DNA of 64,000 nucleotides from Chrysomallon squamiferum (GCA_012295275.1 CM022670.1:11284001-11348000), one strand, 5' to 3'; counted from the stretch's first letter, positions 1 through 14,279 are shown. Numbers and translations: made by a program. The notes: a model not told the origin generated them from the letters alone.

Positions 1-343
1 TATTTATCTTTGAATGCTGTTATATCTATATTTAATTAAAAACTTCTTTCATGTGATCAAAGCATTACACATGCTGACAACTGATATGTTTTGTTTCTCT
101 GTCTGAAATCCAAATTTCAATCAGAATCCTTTAGGCTATCACTTAAACTACCTAAGAGATGTGACAAAGGCAATCATAATTATAATCTTATTTGTTTTTA
201 TATGATTTCATAAGACCAGGCTGTTGTTAATAATAAATTATAACATGTCCAGAACCTTTATGGAGTCTACTGTTTTGCAGAGTTTGATCTCTACAGACAA
301 ATAAATATATTTTAAATTCAGTCAGTAAAATTTCCTACCATAC

Positions 344-913
344 CTGTTTATACTGTTTTTCAGTAGGTCTGTTTTCATAGTTCTGTTTAGAATTTTCCTC
401 TGGCTGTTCTCTATGGACAGGAGTTTCTTTAGGTAAGACCTTCACATTTTCAAACTTTGATACTGAATGTTTCTGCAGCAGTAGTTTATCATGTTCTGCC
501 TTTTGCTGAAAATATATTTTGAAAAAGAAATAAACATATTAAGGTTTTTCAGGTTACTTCTTTTTGTTGTTGTTATTTAGGGGATTTAGGGTTATATGTA
601 ACTGAATTAAGTCCAACAAAATGACTTTACTAACATATATAATGTTTAATACCACAGCTTTAATCTGAAATAAACTTGAGTTTAAAGTTATCTTGAAAAT
701 CAGTAAAACTCACCTCATCAAGCATTTTCTTGTATTCCTGTTGTTTCTTGTAACGAAGTAATCTCTGAGCCTTCTCATAATCCTCAACAGAAATGTTTTC
801 ATTATCATCAATTACAGCAACCCTCCTTTTTTCATTAGCTTTTTTCTAGTTAAAATAAATTAAAATAAAAAATATAATAATAATAATAATAATAATAATA
901 TTATAATTATAAT

Positions 914-947
<34 letters not shown>

Positions 948-3900
948 TTATTTTATCAACTTTATGTATATATTCATGTATACAGCTTAGAACTTTACAC
1001 TATAGCATTAACATCACTGTGACTCAAATTTATGCTCTTATGAATAAATAATAATAGGTATATATATATATATATATCAAATAAAGAGTTGGAGAAAAAC
1101 ATTAATAGGAAATAAATGAAGATCAATAAATATTTCATTCAGTTTAAGGATCTTGACATGCTTATGAACTTTATTTCTATATTTCTTCTCTTTACTTTTT
1201 CTTCTTATTCTTTTATTTAAAAAAAGAAAAGAAAAAGAATATTACTTGATGTTTTGAACATACCTTTGCTATCATCTCATTATATTCCTTGTTTCTTTGA
1301 GCAATAAGCAAAAGCTTTCTGTTTTCCTGTTGTGTGTTACTAAAAGCAAGACCTGGGAACTCTGTAGTAGTTTCTTTTGATGTCTGAAAGGTTAATGAAA
1401 ACTACCTAAACTACAGTATTATTATTATTATTATTCCATCTACAAAAAAATAATAAAAATAAATAAATAATAGAAAAAAGAAAGAAAGAAGAAAAATTCC
1501 AAACAACGATAAATAAAAAATACCATTTTTCAACAACATTTACTTAAAACAATTTTGAAATGTACTGGCTGATTTACTTTCTGAAAATCATTCATAATTT
1601 TAATCAAAATATTTTTAGTTTGTATTGTGTTAAAAAAAAAAATTAAATCATTTTAATCTACAGATTTGTTAATAAGATTAAGTGTTAATAACCTTAAAGT
1701 ATACATAATCAGAAGAAGGAATTTAAAAAAAACCAAAAAAACACATTAATAAAAAATTGTAATTAAACTTACTAAAGACAGAAACAAAATCTTCAAAAGA
1801 TGATTCTTGAAATGTAAATTCTATTAAAAATTTTAAATTTCTACCTCTTCTGCAAGTTGACTGTTGACACCACTTTTGTCCCATGTCTTCCGTTTTTCTT
1901 TCTGCGCATGCTCTTCGGTTTTTCATACCTATTATCCTAAACAATAGCAAGCACGCTATACAACGCCGGACAACAATGCACAAGTATTTTTTTTTTACAA
2001 ATCAAATTATCACCTAATAAATATCCAAATTAAATTCAAAATTGGAAAAAAATGTTCTGATATAACAGGCTAAGGGTAATGTTTGCAAAACAAATATACT
2101 TATAAAACAGATGGATATGAATATGAATATTTATAACAAATGAAATATAAAAATGAAACGGATTAAACCATCACTGAAAACTGTTTTTGGTCTTTGGCAC
2201 AAATTAAGTATATTTTATGAATATGCAAAACTGTTCAGATATAATGTTAATTAGTAAATGCATCACATTTCTGTGATACATTGCAATTCAGAATGAAAAG
2301 CAAAATCAATGAAGGCTGAAAGAAAAAAACGGTTCCTTATTTTATATTTCATGTTAATAAATTTTTGACAATAACATAACTGAAAGAACTAATTTGTTTA
2401 AACTGTCAGTTTTTGGAAAAAATGTATGCACATATTAAAAACATTAAAACGACTTTGATAAAGAGTGTAAATAATAGTTTCTGGTATCACAATATAGGTA
2501 ACAGCAATCTGACAGTTGAAAAAGGCAAATCAATAAATTTCTCAAATAAACAAAATTAATAAAACTGTTATAATTTGCCAGCAGATTTCAAATGTTCAAC
2601 ATCAGTATTAAGTAAGAAAACAACATGACAAATCAATAAATAAAATAGTGTTTCTGCTGTCCATTATTTTCCATCCAAAAAGACATATCACTTTGCATAC
2701 TGTTCAGATACTGCATTTACCTGAAATTTTTATTAAGTCCACATCATCCTATCCTGAAACAGTTACATAATCACAGACAATTTTGTAAAATGTCCCACCA
2801 GTTTATAATCACAGTTGGACATAAATATTTAACATAATTAAACTGTCTAACAAAATTCTTCACATTTTCATTTCAGGTCTTGTAAATTATTGCTGATCAT
2901 TTTCTAGCTGACCATCACTAATCACTGACAGAAAACACATATCTGAAAAGTAACATATACCATGATCATGGGTACTAAGTGCTACTTGTCTGGAATCACA
3001 TTTAACAATTGGTTAAAACCAGAAGTCATAATTTGTGTTATCTACTTGTTGAAAAGAGTAAGACTATTAACAAAAACAAATCATCTACTTCAAATGTTTA
3101 TCAAAAAGAAAGGACAATGAAATTATAACGCCATAATTTGTATCCTTTCATTCCATTTCAGTAGGACGTTTCAGAATATAATCAGTTTCTATCTGGATTA
3201 CTGTACAAAGACATATTTACATTTTGATTAATTCTAAACATATATATATATATATAAACAAACAGCAGCAATATTTTCATTGTTTTCATTGTATGAACTT
3301 TGTTAATATATAATCTATGGAGTCACAAAGGCAAACATCAATGAGAAATATTATTGATCAGATAAAATGAAAAAAAAAATTCTTAAAAATACGATTTCAT
3401 AAGAAATAATAAAGAATTGCACGAATGCAGATTCTGCTTCAGTTTAATAGTTTTTGACTTCATTATATTCAGAATGATTGCCACATTATTCATGTGACAT
3501 TTATATTAAGATATTAGTGGAAGGCTTGGTTTTTGCATAATGACTTGTATAACTCCTGCTTCAAATGAATTCTCCAAATAATAAGCTCTCTGAATAGCTT
3601 CTCCATCAGGCAGGTCCTTTCTACATAAAATTTATTATAACGAAATGTGAAGTAAATAGATGTTAAAAGAACATTCAAATTAGGCAGTATGATTAAAAAA
3701 AAAAAAAAAAAAAAAAAAGGGCATGTTAAGCAGGGATTAAGTTAATTTCTCAACAAAACAGTATTTTATAACAAACATTTTACTATTGTTATTATCATAT
3801 CTGTTTATATTACATCTCCATAACAGCATGAATTTTTCTTTCTTAATGAATTCTGAGTAAAAAAAAAATAAAAAATATAAAAAACAATTTTAATAAATGT

Positions 3901-4672
3901 ATCTTTAAATCTGTCTAAAATTATGTACCATAAAAGATAATTACTTTTTTTTTTTTTAAATTTAATTTCATAAACAATAAAATAAAGGATAATTTTGCTC
4001 ATGTAAATGATGTTTTGATAATATGTTCATCATGAAACAGTGTTTTGGAAACTTACTAAGTTTTGATCAATTTGTTTAAAAAGATTTTTGGGTCAACTGA
4101 ATATGAAAATGTTTACATATGAATGGAAACAAACAGCATGAAACACCAAAAGCAAACTTACAGTGTACATGAATAAACTAACTAAATCAATTTACATACT
4201 TCAAACTGTTTCTTATGTTGATAACAAAGTAAAACCTAAATATGATGTACTTGGATTTGTTTTAGTATTTCTGTTTACAAAATACTGGTGCAGTCAGATA
4301 ATTAAAAAAGAAAACAAGTTTCCATACATATATATGGCTTATTATTTGTTGTATTTTGTTACTGGTAGGACTTCATTACCAGATTACATAAAACAATTAT
4401 CTGGAAGTAATACAAACTATATTGATTAATATATCACAATTAGTTAAATATAAGAAAACTGAATTAAAGGCTACAGACACCAAATTATGAAATGTACCAA
4501 TAACACACAACAAAGCAGCTAAAGTGACTACTGAACTGAGATGTGGATACTGAAAAACAGAAACATAAAAAATGTTTACCTCAAAATTCTCACGTTCTGT
4601 GGCCAGCTTAGATTTCTGTTCTTGGATAAAATGATCAATATCTGACTGATGCACTTTTACTGTTACAGCCAT
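344..4672 (-). CDS. CSPP1: Centrosome and spindle pole-associated protein 1-like (5' exons; gene continues off the window start)
   Basis: Phase-0 GT-AG exons: 4672-4580 (MAVTVKVHQSDIDHFIQEQKSKLATERENFE), 1936 or 1901-1845, 1383-1264, 845-714 (..SVEDYEKAQRLLRYKKQQEYKKMLDE) and 505-344. The peptides resemble recalled human CSPP1 segments '[21 protein letters not shown]' and '[23 protein letters not shown]'. Confidence 0.7.
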
Positions 4673-5398
4673 ATTTTCCAAGTCTACACAGAAATAAAAA
4701 AAATTATCATTTAAATTGTGATATAGACTAGGAATAAAAAGATACAAGTGGAATTTTCACATCGATTAAATGAAGAAAATACAATTTGTATTTTCCTTGT
4801 TGATTACACAAAGCTTAAAAGAAAGATTATAAATAAAGTCTTCAAATTACTGCAAATGTGAACAAAGGTAAACTGACAAGCTGATATTAATATCAATAAT
4901 CTAACTTGAGTCTATCCATGAAATCAATAAATGGAGAGCTGTTGCACAATTTGCACTTACTTAGTATTGCCAATAGTTTTAAAATATTAATCAATTTAAT
5001 GGTTTTCACAACATTGTGTTTAACCTTATTTGCAAAGTGATATAAATAAATTTGCTTTTTTTTTTCAAACAACTGAAGTCTCTTCATAAAAATTGCTCTG
5101 GACCATTCTGAAGAGATAATTTATGGCCAAAATATATAACTTTCAAAACCAACTGCCATTAGTCCATGAATACCATGAATACCAACTGCAATGTTTCAGC
5201 ATTGTCCATTGAAACCCAAAGTTCAACCACAAACAATCCTATTAAACACTAAATCGCTACATGTATATTTTAATGACATTTACTCTTACAATGAGTAAAA
5301 TTATACTCATATTTTTACCTAGAAAACATCATACAAAATATGTAAAATGTGAACATGTACAAGTAACTAATGTACAAGATACATAACAATGCACATAA

Positions 5399-5447
<49 letters not shown>

Positions 5448-6140
5448 TATACACAACAATGCACTTCATCTAAATCAGACATTTATTACTTATATACCAG
5501 TTAGACTGATATCATCAAGAAATATTGCTCTACAAATTTATAGTGTTTGCCTGTAATGATTACCAATTTTATGGAGTTTTTTTTTTTTTTTTTTAATCTT
5601 TTTAATTATTTTTATTTATTTGTTTATTTATTGTTGTTGTTAATTTAGGACAGGATTCAAACTACTATCAGTTTCAAAGTTTTCTTTTACGACACATTTC
5701 AAAGGACACAAATTATTAATTGCAACAAGAGCAGATGACACTTTAGAGCTAATCACTGCCACCTAATCAGCCTGCCAAATAGGCAATATTATACACTTTA
5801 AGTATTTTGCCAAATGAATAAAAATATGAATGTAAGTATTTTGACTTCATTATTAGTTATTATATCATATACTATATTTTATTATTTGATAATGATAATT
5901 TTGTAGGAGACAGTCACAATGTTACTGTTAGTGTTTCAGCATCTCAGCCATCTGGTATCTTGCAAAAGTCTTCGTTATCAGTTTATGAACTTTGTTATAT
6001 TCTTAGTCAATAGAATCAAATACAAATTACTAACTTTTAATGCGACGAAATCTCCAATCAAATGTTTGTATTTCAACTATTCAATAGCTACTGATACAAT
6101 GGGTCCATATATTTTTTCTCTCGATACTCTAGTTAAATAA

Positions 6141-6214
6141 AGGACAATCGACAATATGTCTATCACGAAGATACAGGACAATCGACAACATGTCTATCAC
6201 GAAGATACAGGACA
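6141..6214. repeat. 34-bp tandem duplication (2.2 copies)
   Basis: aggacaatcgacaa(t/c)atgtctatcacgaagatac occurs twice, followed by aggaca. Confidence 0.9.
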
Positions 6215-6295
6215 TTCAGTCAAAACCCCATTTATACGTATAAAATGAAAATACTTAAAATCAGTTATAGTTCTTTTTTTTAATATTTTCTGCAT

Positions 6296-6445
6296 TACCT
6301 TATTGTTCGATTTTAAGTTATCATTATGGTAGTCCAAATACAGAAATTACTTTGGGTCAAAATAGTTCTTTTGTAAACGGAATCATAAAATATTTCACTG
6401 TTATTCGCCTTAACAACAAAGTATTTACTTGCGCATGCACAGTTA
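6296..6445 (-). promoter_or_regulatory. Putative promoter and non-coding first exon of the CSPP1-like gene
   Basis: Minus-strand donor AAG|gtaatg near 6299, an NRF1-like TGCGCATGCAC at 6430-6440, and local CpG retention. The acceptor at 4684 lies 11 nt before the ATG. Confidence 0.4.
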
Positions 6446-7108
6446 ATATCGTCGAATTTATCACATACTACTTTCTATAAGTGTATTCTCTTTAGTAATA
6501 ATGAAACAAAAATTTACACTTGAAACAGAAATAGTCTAAAATTAATAAATCCTGCATCCTCCCAGTATTTTTTTTATACTTATTGTTTTTTATTACGTTT
6601 TTAATTATTTCTTTTCTTTTTGTTATTTGGGGGTTTTGTGTGTTTTTATCATTCAATGTTAATTAATAACGACATATAAATGTGTGCGTGTGTGTCTGTG
6701 CAGTTTAAAAATATCAGCGTGTTCCTATTTCATTTAGTCGCGACATTATCAGTCGGATTTTCTCCCCAAGGTTTCTTATAGTATTTGTGAAATAATTTAT
6801 CAGACCGCCATTTTATTTTGGGGCGTCATGATTCCAGTTGTTAAGGAATAAATATTTTGTTAATAGTATTTTTTTGTTATTAACGAAGACATCTCGCCGA
6901 AAGTAATAAAATAATAACTTGGTCTTGCTTCTTTGTACAAAGAATGTGTGTGTGTGTGTGTGTGTGTGTGTTTAAATAATGCATTACTATTTTTCAACTT
7001 ACACCAGATCTTCTTTGTTTTCCTGATGAAAATTAGAAATGCGAACACATTTTTTATTTTTATACTTACTTTTTAATTATTTATATTATTATATTTATTT
7101 TATTAAAG

Positions 7109-7175
<67 letters not shown>

Positions 7176-8498
7176 TTAATACTGTAGTATATAATCGTAA
7201 TTTACTTATACTTTTTATTAGCTAATATAGTAAACAGGTACTTTGATTACAATAAAGTCTGTTTAGAGATATCACATATTAAAACCAGCTAGCTGAAATA
7301 AAAACAATTCGGAATTGATGTCTTTAAATGTTTATTGGTTACTGTAGTTATTACAAGCAAGTCTTATTAATTAAGATGGTTTGCAATTATTATTTATGAA
7401 TTTTTTAAAGGAAAGAATAATTTGCCGCAAATATGTTTCCGAATGACCGATATTAAAATGATAATAAATAAAACAAAAATAAAGAAACAAAAATCTAGAT
7501 GATGATGATTATTATTATTATTGTTGTTGTTGTTGTTGTTTTGTTAATCTCATTATTTAAAAATAAGCTTAATTAAACCAATGAAAGAATTGCAAGGAAA
7601 ACATAAAGGAATACAAGTAATAATAATAATAATTTAATAAAAAATTAAAAACTAAAATTTATTTTTGTTGTCATTATTAATTGGTCTAGTTTTTTTATAA
7701 CAGCAGCCTCAGTAAAGAAATTGTAACAATAGTATCAGCAGCAGCAACAGTAGTAGTAGTGGTAGTAGTAGCAGCAGTAGTAATGGAAACAACATTTAAC
7801 CTATACTGTGTTTGCTGCTATTTTAATAGTTTCAGCTGCAGCTTCAGTAATTGTATTAAACTGCTGTTTAAACTTTTCTGTAGCAAAAAATTAATAAAAT
7901 ATATAAATACAAATTTTAAAAATATCTAAAATACCTGCTATGCATTGATTACTTATTTTGGTATTCAGATACTTACGTTCGGAAACTCAAAATACGTTTT
8001 ATCGAAGTCGATTTATAATATTAATAAGAAGATTATTAATGTCTACCCGATGAGAAAATAAATAAATAATAATCTGCGAAGATGTTTTTATCAATGGATC
8101 TACTTAGATTATTTGAATTTCGCCATACTGTCTCAGTGATACGTTATTTTATAACTGTTTTTAAAGAAGCGAAATTTGAAGAAAAAAAAAGAGACTTTAA
8201 AATGGCTTTTCGTTTCTCGAATATCAAGTAAATATATAATGTTTAAATAAGTTAGTAAATAATTAGTAAAAAAACCCCTATAATTTATTTGTTTTGATAT
8301 ATAATAATATAACTTCACCGTTATTTTCACCTTCGATAGTTTAAAAAGTGATGGTTCTAAATATCTATTTACTTTTTCTTTTTTTTCTTTTGCTTCTTTA
8401 TTATATATATATTTTTTATATTATTATTATTTTAAAAATCTTTTCGTTCCTTGTCGAAATTTCTAGATATCAAAAAATGGAAATGGTATTTTACTGGT

Positions 8499-11400
8499 TT
8501 ATTTAATTCTGATAAGGTTTGCAGGATTGGCTCGTATAGGCCTTGCCTCTTTTCTGGATGAATGAAATATATCGTATTCTTTTGGATGGCCTCCAATAGG
8601 ATCTAGTGTAATAGCGGATGACTCACCCACATCACAGTGATCGTTGGAGTTGTGGTTATTAAAATTAAACATTGGTCCGTAATATCTTCCAGGCTGATAT
8701 CCCTCTATTGTGGGTATCGCCACCATGTTGCTGGTATATTTCGGTCCGGTCATTGCGATGGTCCTCGTCGATCCCATCTGATCATAAGGTCTAGGCCCGT
8801 GATTATTGACAACCAGTTTTGTCGCAACCGACGCATACGTTCTGTAAGAGCTGGGGTAGGCTGCTGGATTCACTCTTGTCTGTTGGCTAGGCTGTATGTG
8901 GTGGATCGTGCCAGAAAGAAGTCTAGATCCCTGGTAGGGGTCGGGTCTACTAAGAGCGGCAGCGTCAATTCGAGATGGCTGACTGTGGTACATGGCTTGC
9001 GACGTCTGTATCGTATGATGCTGAAGAGGTATCGTCTGACGTGCCTTGGGCGTTGGCAAAATAGGCTGCTGTGGCTGCAGGTGAGTGGTCGGTTGCTTCG
9101 TCAAAAATATGACCTTCCTCACATTGCTGTTGAAAGACGGCTGGGTTACACAGGTCACGTGACGTGGTGGCATTGACATGTTCCCGGCATTTTGGTTTGA
9201 CCCATTGTATTCATTCTAAAACATAAAAATTTTGGTTTATAATTTTTATTTATTTATTTATTTATTTAATACTATTTTCATTATCATCATCATCATCATC
9301 ATCGTCATGACAATCATCATAATCATCGTTTCATATTATTGTAAATATTAATCAATCTGTTTAAATCATTCTGTATTCTATTTCAGATGAAAAGGCAAAT
9401 TTGTGTATCGAAATCGGATTTGATTGCTGATAGGGATCTTAACATCAAAGCGACATTTCTTTTCATCTACTATACCTGTCTTAAACCTGGGCCCTCATGC
9501 CATGTGACAGGCTGCTGTTTCTCTATAGTGCTTTGGCTTGGTGATGGTTGTATGTCAATGTTCTGCCATTTATAAAACTGAGCTTCTCCGCATGTTGTTG
9601 GAGGCTGCTGAAGTGCGGTTATGTCGGTATGGGACATGGAGCCTTCGTCCCCACACGAGAAACGCATAAGACCTTTCTGCTGCGCGTGCATTGGCAAATA
9701 CTGCCTCGGTTCCATTTCATGTCTCTCTTCTGCGTGAGCTTGTTTAGTAGCCATGTCATGATGAGATACAAAACAACCATACTGTATTTCTTCGCTATAC
9801 TGGCTTTCTTGCAAAACATGCGATGAAAAAGATGGTTCAGACGTTCTTTCGTTTGTCAGGTCGAACTGACTGGGCTGGCTGGGTGGCGGGTGAGCTGGCT
9901 GGGGTGCAGGTAAATGGTAATCTAAAGAATCACACTCAACAGCTCGCTCAAGCGTAAACGGCTGAGACGGTGGTAACGAAGCAACTAGTTCAATGTTGTC
10001 GGTCTTTACGTAACCGTTATAACTGTTCATGTATTTAGCCTGACACAGATCGTGTTGTTCGTAAGTGTCCAACAAATGATGCTCCGACAGCTTTTGTTGG
10101 TCTTTATGGGACTGGTGATCGTAGTCATAGGATGAGTTTGTGGTATTCACATTATCGTCGGCTGTGTATTTTTTGGACCTGTGAGGGACAAACGGTTCGC
10201 ATGTTGGCGACAGTTGTGATGGCCGGGGCTTTCCTTCGGGAACATCCTCTTTTACAGGTCTGCTGGTCGCCGGCTTTGCGTTTTTGTTCACGTGGCGTTT
10301 TCTGTGGTGATCGTGTTGAGATTTGGATATAATGACAGGTATAGCCTGGCCGCTGTCTCCGTCATCCAAATCAGTGAACGACTGCGAACTGAAGTCTGAT
10401 GGTGGAGACTTAGTAACCGATTTACTGAAAAATAAAGCATAATGTACTTTAAAAAAAAACGATCTGGAACCACGTTATTTTTGTATCTTGTTTTCTTGTA
10501 AAATTTGTGTGTGTGTGTGTGTGTGTGTGTGTATAGTATGTACATATGTATACAGCTGAAATGAGAGAAAAATTCAAAACGTAAAATTTTTGCAATAATA
10601 AAGCAAATAATAAGATTATTAAATTAATTAATTACCTAATCAGCAGATCAATTATGCATTACAAACCTGCGATCCGACCAAGGGTGCATATAATGTTTGG
10701 TCTCATTCGCAAGATAAACATACTGACTGTTATTTTCTTGTACATCAGGACTCGCAAGCGTCGAGTCAATCCATTCAGGGCACCGTTTGCTTTGTTTAAA
10801 AAGAAAAAAAAAAAAAAAAAAAAAAAAAAAAGTGCATGTATAAAAGATTTAACACACTTTTAGGCTTGCACTAAGTTGTTTAAAAATGTACACTCTTGAT
10901 GTATGAGATGAACAGCGACTGTAGTTTAATGGTTTCAGAACAGGTCCGAGACCAGAGGTATCAGGCTCATTAGTGCGGTGCTTCGGCCATTTTATGGTTT
11001 ATCAAGGTCAGTGGTATGTACTACCCTGTATATAAAATGAACTTTGTTGTTAATATGATTATAGAGACCTCATAAACTATTAATAATGAAATATAATGAA
11101 GTGGCGTTCACCCATTCATGAAATCGATCGGTTCCGATCTCCAGAAATAATATTAATTTATTAGTACAAAATACGATGTCACTAATAGCTTGAAGCATTC
11201 GTTGAATAAAAGTAGGTAATTTCATTTTGAATCACGGAAAAGGCACACTTGAAATTAATATGTTGTCTTTATTACCTTGGATCTGGTTCTAGTTGTTGGT
11301 CAGAAAAACCTGACTGATCAGCCATCTGTCTCGGTTGATTGTTAAACTGAAAAAGACATCGGTCGTCGACCGAATCTTTATTACATGGAACACATGCCCA

Positions 11401-14220
11401 GTTATCTGTAAACGGTGATGGCCGCGCCGTCCAATCTGATTCAATGTGCGATTCGGAACTTCCAGTCCATTCCTGATCCTCGTGCGCGTGGTCTGGAGGA
11501 TTTGCATTTGTTATGTTCGGAAGAGGACCGAAACTGTATAACTGACTGGGCCAGATCGCATGACATTCAGTTTCAATTTTTTCTGGCACTCTTTCGGCAC
11601 TGGATTCGACGCGTTCTTGTTGATTTAATGAATCATAGCAGTGAGAAATGGAACTGTCGTCCCGATCTGATGATGACTCCAACTCCAGCGTTTTCCACAG
11701 GTCTTTTATAGCGTCCGAAAACGTTTTCTTCCTCAAGGTTTCGTTTTCAGAGTCCTGTTCGGGGTCCATCTCGTTACAGAGGAATGGCGTTACGTTCGGA
11801 GACAGGTATGACATTCTGCTTGTGTGAGTCCACGTCTGATTCTCTTCTATTTTATCCAACTGTGATCAAGTTCATTTTCTATCGCTAAACTTTCATCATA
11901 AAGTTCCCATGGGGAATTACGAAGGTCGTTGAGCAAAGAATTATATTTTTCGAAATAATCGTTTATAACGTCGGAAATATTACCGATAGGCAGAATTACG
12001 TTATAACTTTCACGAGAGCCAGCAAACGGAACGAAATAGCACATGGAAGGAAATGCCTCTTCACAAAGACCCCTAAATGTCCTACGGAACAGAAATGTTG
12101 TATCCATGAGAATTAAAAGTAGGTAAGAGTTATAGTTTAGCCATATAACATTTTTTAGCTTTCTATTTTGAACGAATGGTTTCATTAAGTTGTTCATCCA
12201 ATCTGTTAATCGGTCTTAGTATCTCTTTCTCTCTTTCTTTCTTTCTATCTTTCTCTCTCTCTCTTTTTCTATCGCATTCTTTTATCTGTCACTCTCTCAC
12301 CCCCACCTCCCTCTCTCTCTGTAATTCTCTGATATCAGTATCAGTTAACCTTTTCTCACATCAACTTACAATCTCGGGTCAAAGTTATCGTTGTATGCAG
12401 GGAATGGGGATGATTTGTTTCTTCCAAAACCAACAATTTTCACATCGTCCCAATAGGCGCTGTGTATCTAAAATGTAATATATGATTTAGCTTGTACTAA
12501 ACGATGGAATATTTTATATTATTTAATGGTATGTATATGTGTAGGTAAGTAGGTAGATTTTAATAAATAAACAAAAATATTAATATGTTTCCATGTTTAA
12601 TGCTCGTTATAAGCATTTTATGGCCATGCGATAGTACAACTAGTTTGCTAAACGTTTATTTTTGCGATAAATAAATAACAAAAAGAATAATAATAATAAA
12701 AAAGATGATTCGCAAAGTTATATATATGTTAATATTTCTTTCTTGCTTTTTGTATATGACAGCACTGCAACATTACTTTAGTCTCTGCGTTTTAATCACC
12801 TGCATATTATCATCGGTGAGATAGTCGTAAGTCGGGGCATTGGGAATTTCTGATTTCAGAGTTAATCTGTAAAACAACATTGTGATAACAATGAGAATTA
12901 CTGCTAAACATTAATTTAGTAACAAAAACAAGAAATAATAATAAGAAGAAAGAAAAAAGAAACACGAAAAAAGAAAAAATTACCATATTAAAAAAGAGAA
13001 AAAGAAAAAAAAGAAAATGAAAAAGCAGTAAAACATTTATATTTTTGAAGTTCTTTAAGCGCAAAAACAGTTTCGATTTTATTACAAATATATAATTATT
13101 TCATCGAAGAAATAATGAAATGAGCATAGAAAATTACCTTAATAACTGAGAAGCTAACGTTTATATTTACGTTTCTAAGTTATCGGAACGTTAATTTTAC
13201 GTCGAAAAAAAAAAAAAAATGCGTTAAATAACGTTGTGAAAACGTTTTCGCGTTTTTGTTTTTCTTTCGTTCTTTTTTTTTTTTTACATTATTATTATCG
13301 TTATTATTATTCACTTCGATATCTAAATATGTTTAATAACAGTCTTGAATTTATTAATAACAAGGGTCTTATACAAAAAATAAATTGTACGAATTTGTTA
13401 TTATTGTTTTTTTGAATACTGAAATAACTGGAATAATAATGTTTTCGTTTAATTCATTGCCTTATGTTTGTTATTTATCATAAAGTAGTATTTACAAAGG
13501 GAATTAATTACTAGTACAGTATAAAATAATCTTTCATTATACGAAGTGTACAATTATATACGGATTATTTATTATTTCCGACCTTTTGTGATCTCTTACT
13601 TTATTAAAAATAGAAAAATAAGTGAAAATAAATACATAAATAAACTAAACCCGAAAAACAACAAACCAAATAAAAAAAAGACAAAGGCAACGACGACGAC
13701 AACGGCAGGAATAATATAATAAAATAATAAATCTATATAAAAGAAAAGAGAAGAAAAAATAAATGTCTTAATGATTAAAACTTTAATATATAGTGTTGTC
13801 TACGTGAATGTATTTGTTGTTGTGTGTGTGAGAGGCGCGCGCGGGCGCGTGCGCGCATACGTGCGTATTAACTTACGCTTCTAAGTCATCACTGTAATCT
13901 TCATGAGGAATGTTATTATTTCTTATACAAATAGCTGCAAGAATGTCATTTGCTGTAGTCGTTTCAAGACGCTCTTGCAATATTCGGTGTCTTTGAAGCA
14001 ATATATTAAAGACAGATTTCAAGGCACTGTCATCGTTGTCATTTTCCCAGATGTGTTCCGAGTCGAATGCTATTCTTTCGATAGCCAAGTCAAATGATAT
14101 AAAATTATTGAGATCAAAATCTTCGTCTCTTTTCAGGATATCGTCATCGTAAAGTACTTCGTCATCTCCAGAAGTGTCAGCATCTAGATATGTATCGAAA
14201 GTATTAAAATATTTTAACAT
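8499..14220 (-). CDS. Uncharacterised ~938-aa, largely low-complexity protein (4 exons, one apparent frameshift near 11850)
   Basis: Exons 14220-13877, 12081-11276, 10424-9476 and 9215-8499 have canonical GT-AG sites and matching phases (2,2,0). Exon 2 is 806 nt, one short of frame-preserving, giving TAG at 11849-11847. I do not recognise a family. Confidence 0.75.
10919..11215 (+). mobile_element. Degenerate tRNA-derived SINE (Meta-type, from memory) in intron 2 of the unknown gene
   Basis: A-box-like tagtttaatggt, core gtggtatgtactaccctgt..tataaaa..atgaagtggcg and tail cgttgaataaaa resemble a recalled gastropod SINE consensus. Related fragments occur elsewhere in the window. Confidence 0.45.
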
Positions 14221-14279
14221 TTCCAGTTAGAAAAATATAATAGCTGGTCACATTGCACGTTGAAATAAATATACAGGTA

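Noticed and set aside
2650-3625. Coding-looking minus-strand patches with acceptor-like sites inside the CSPP1-like intron
   Set aside because: The frames I read hit stops quickly and I could not build a phase-consistent exon chain.
8637-9176. 179-aa plus-strand ORF
   Set aside because: Antisense shadow of exon 4 of the orphan gene, with no splice or start support of its own.
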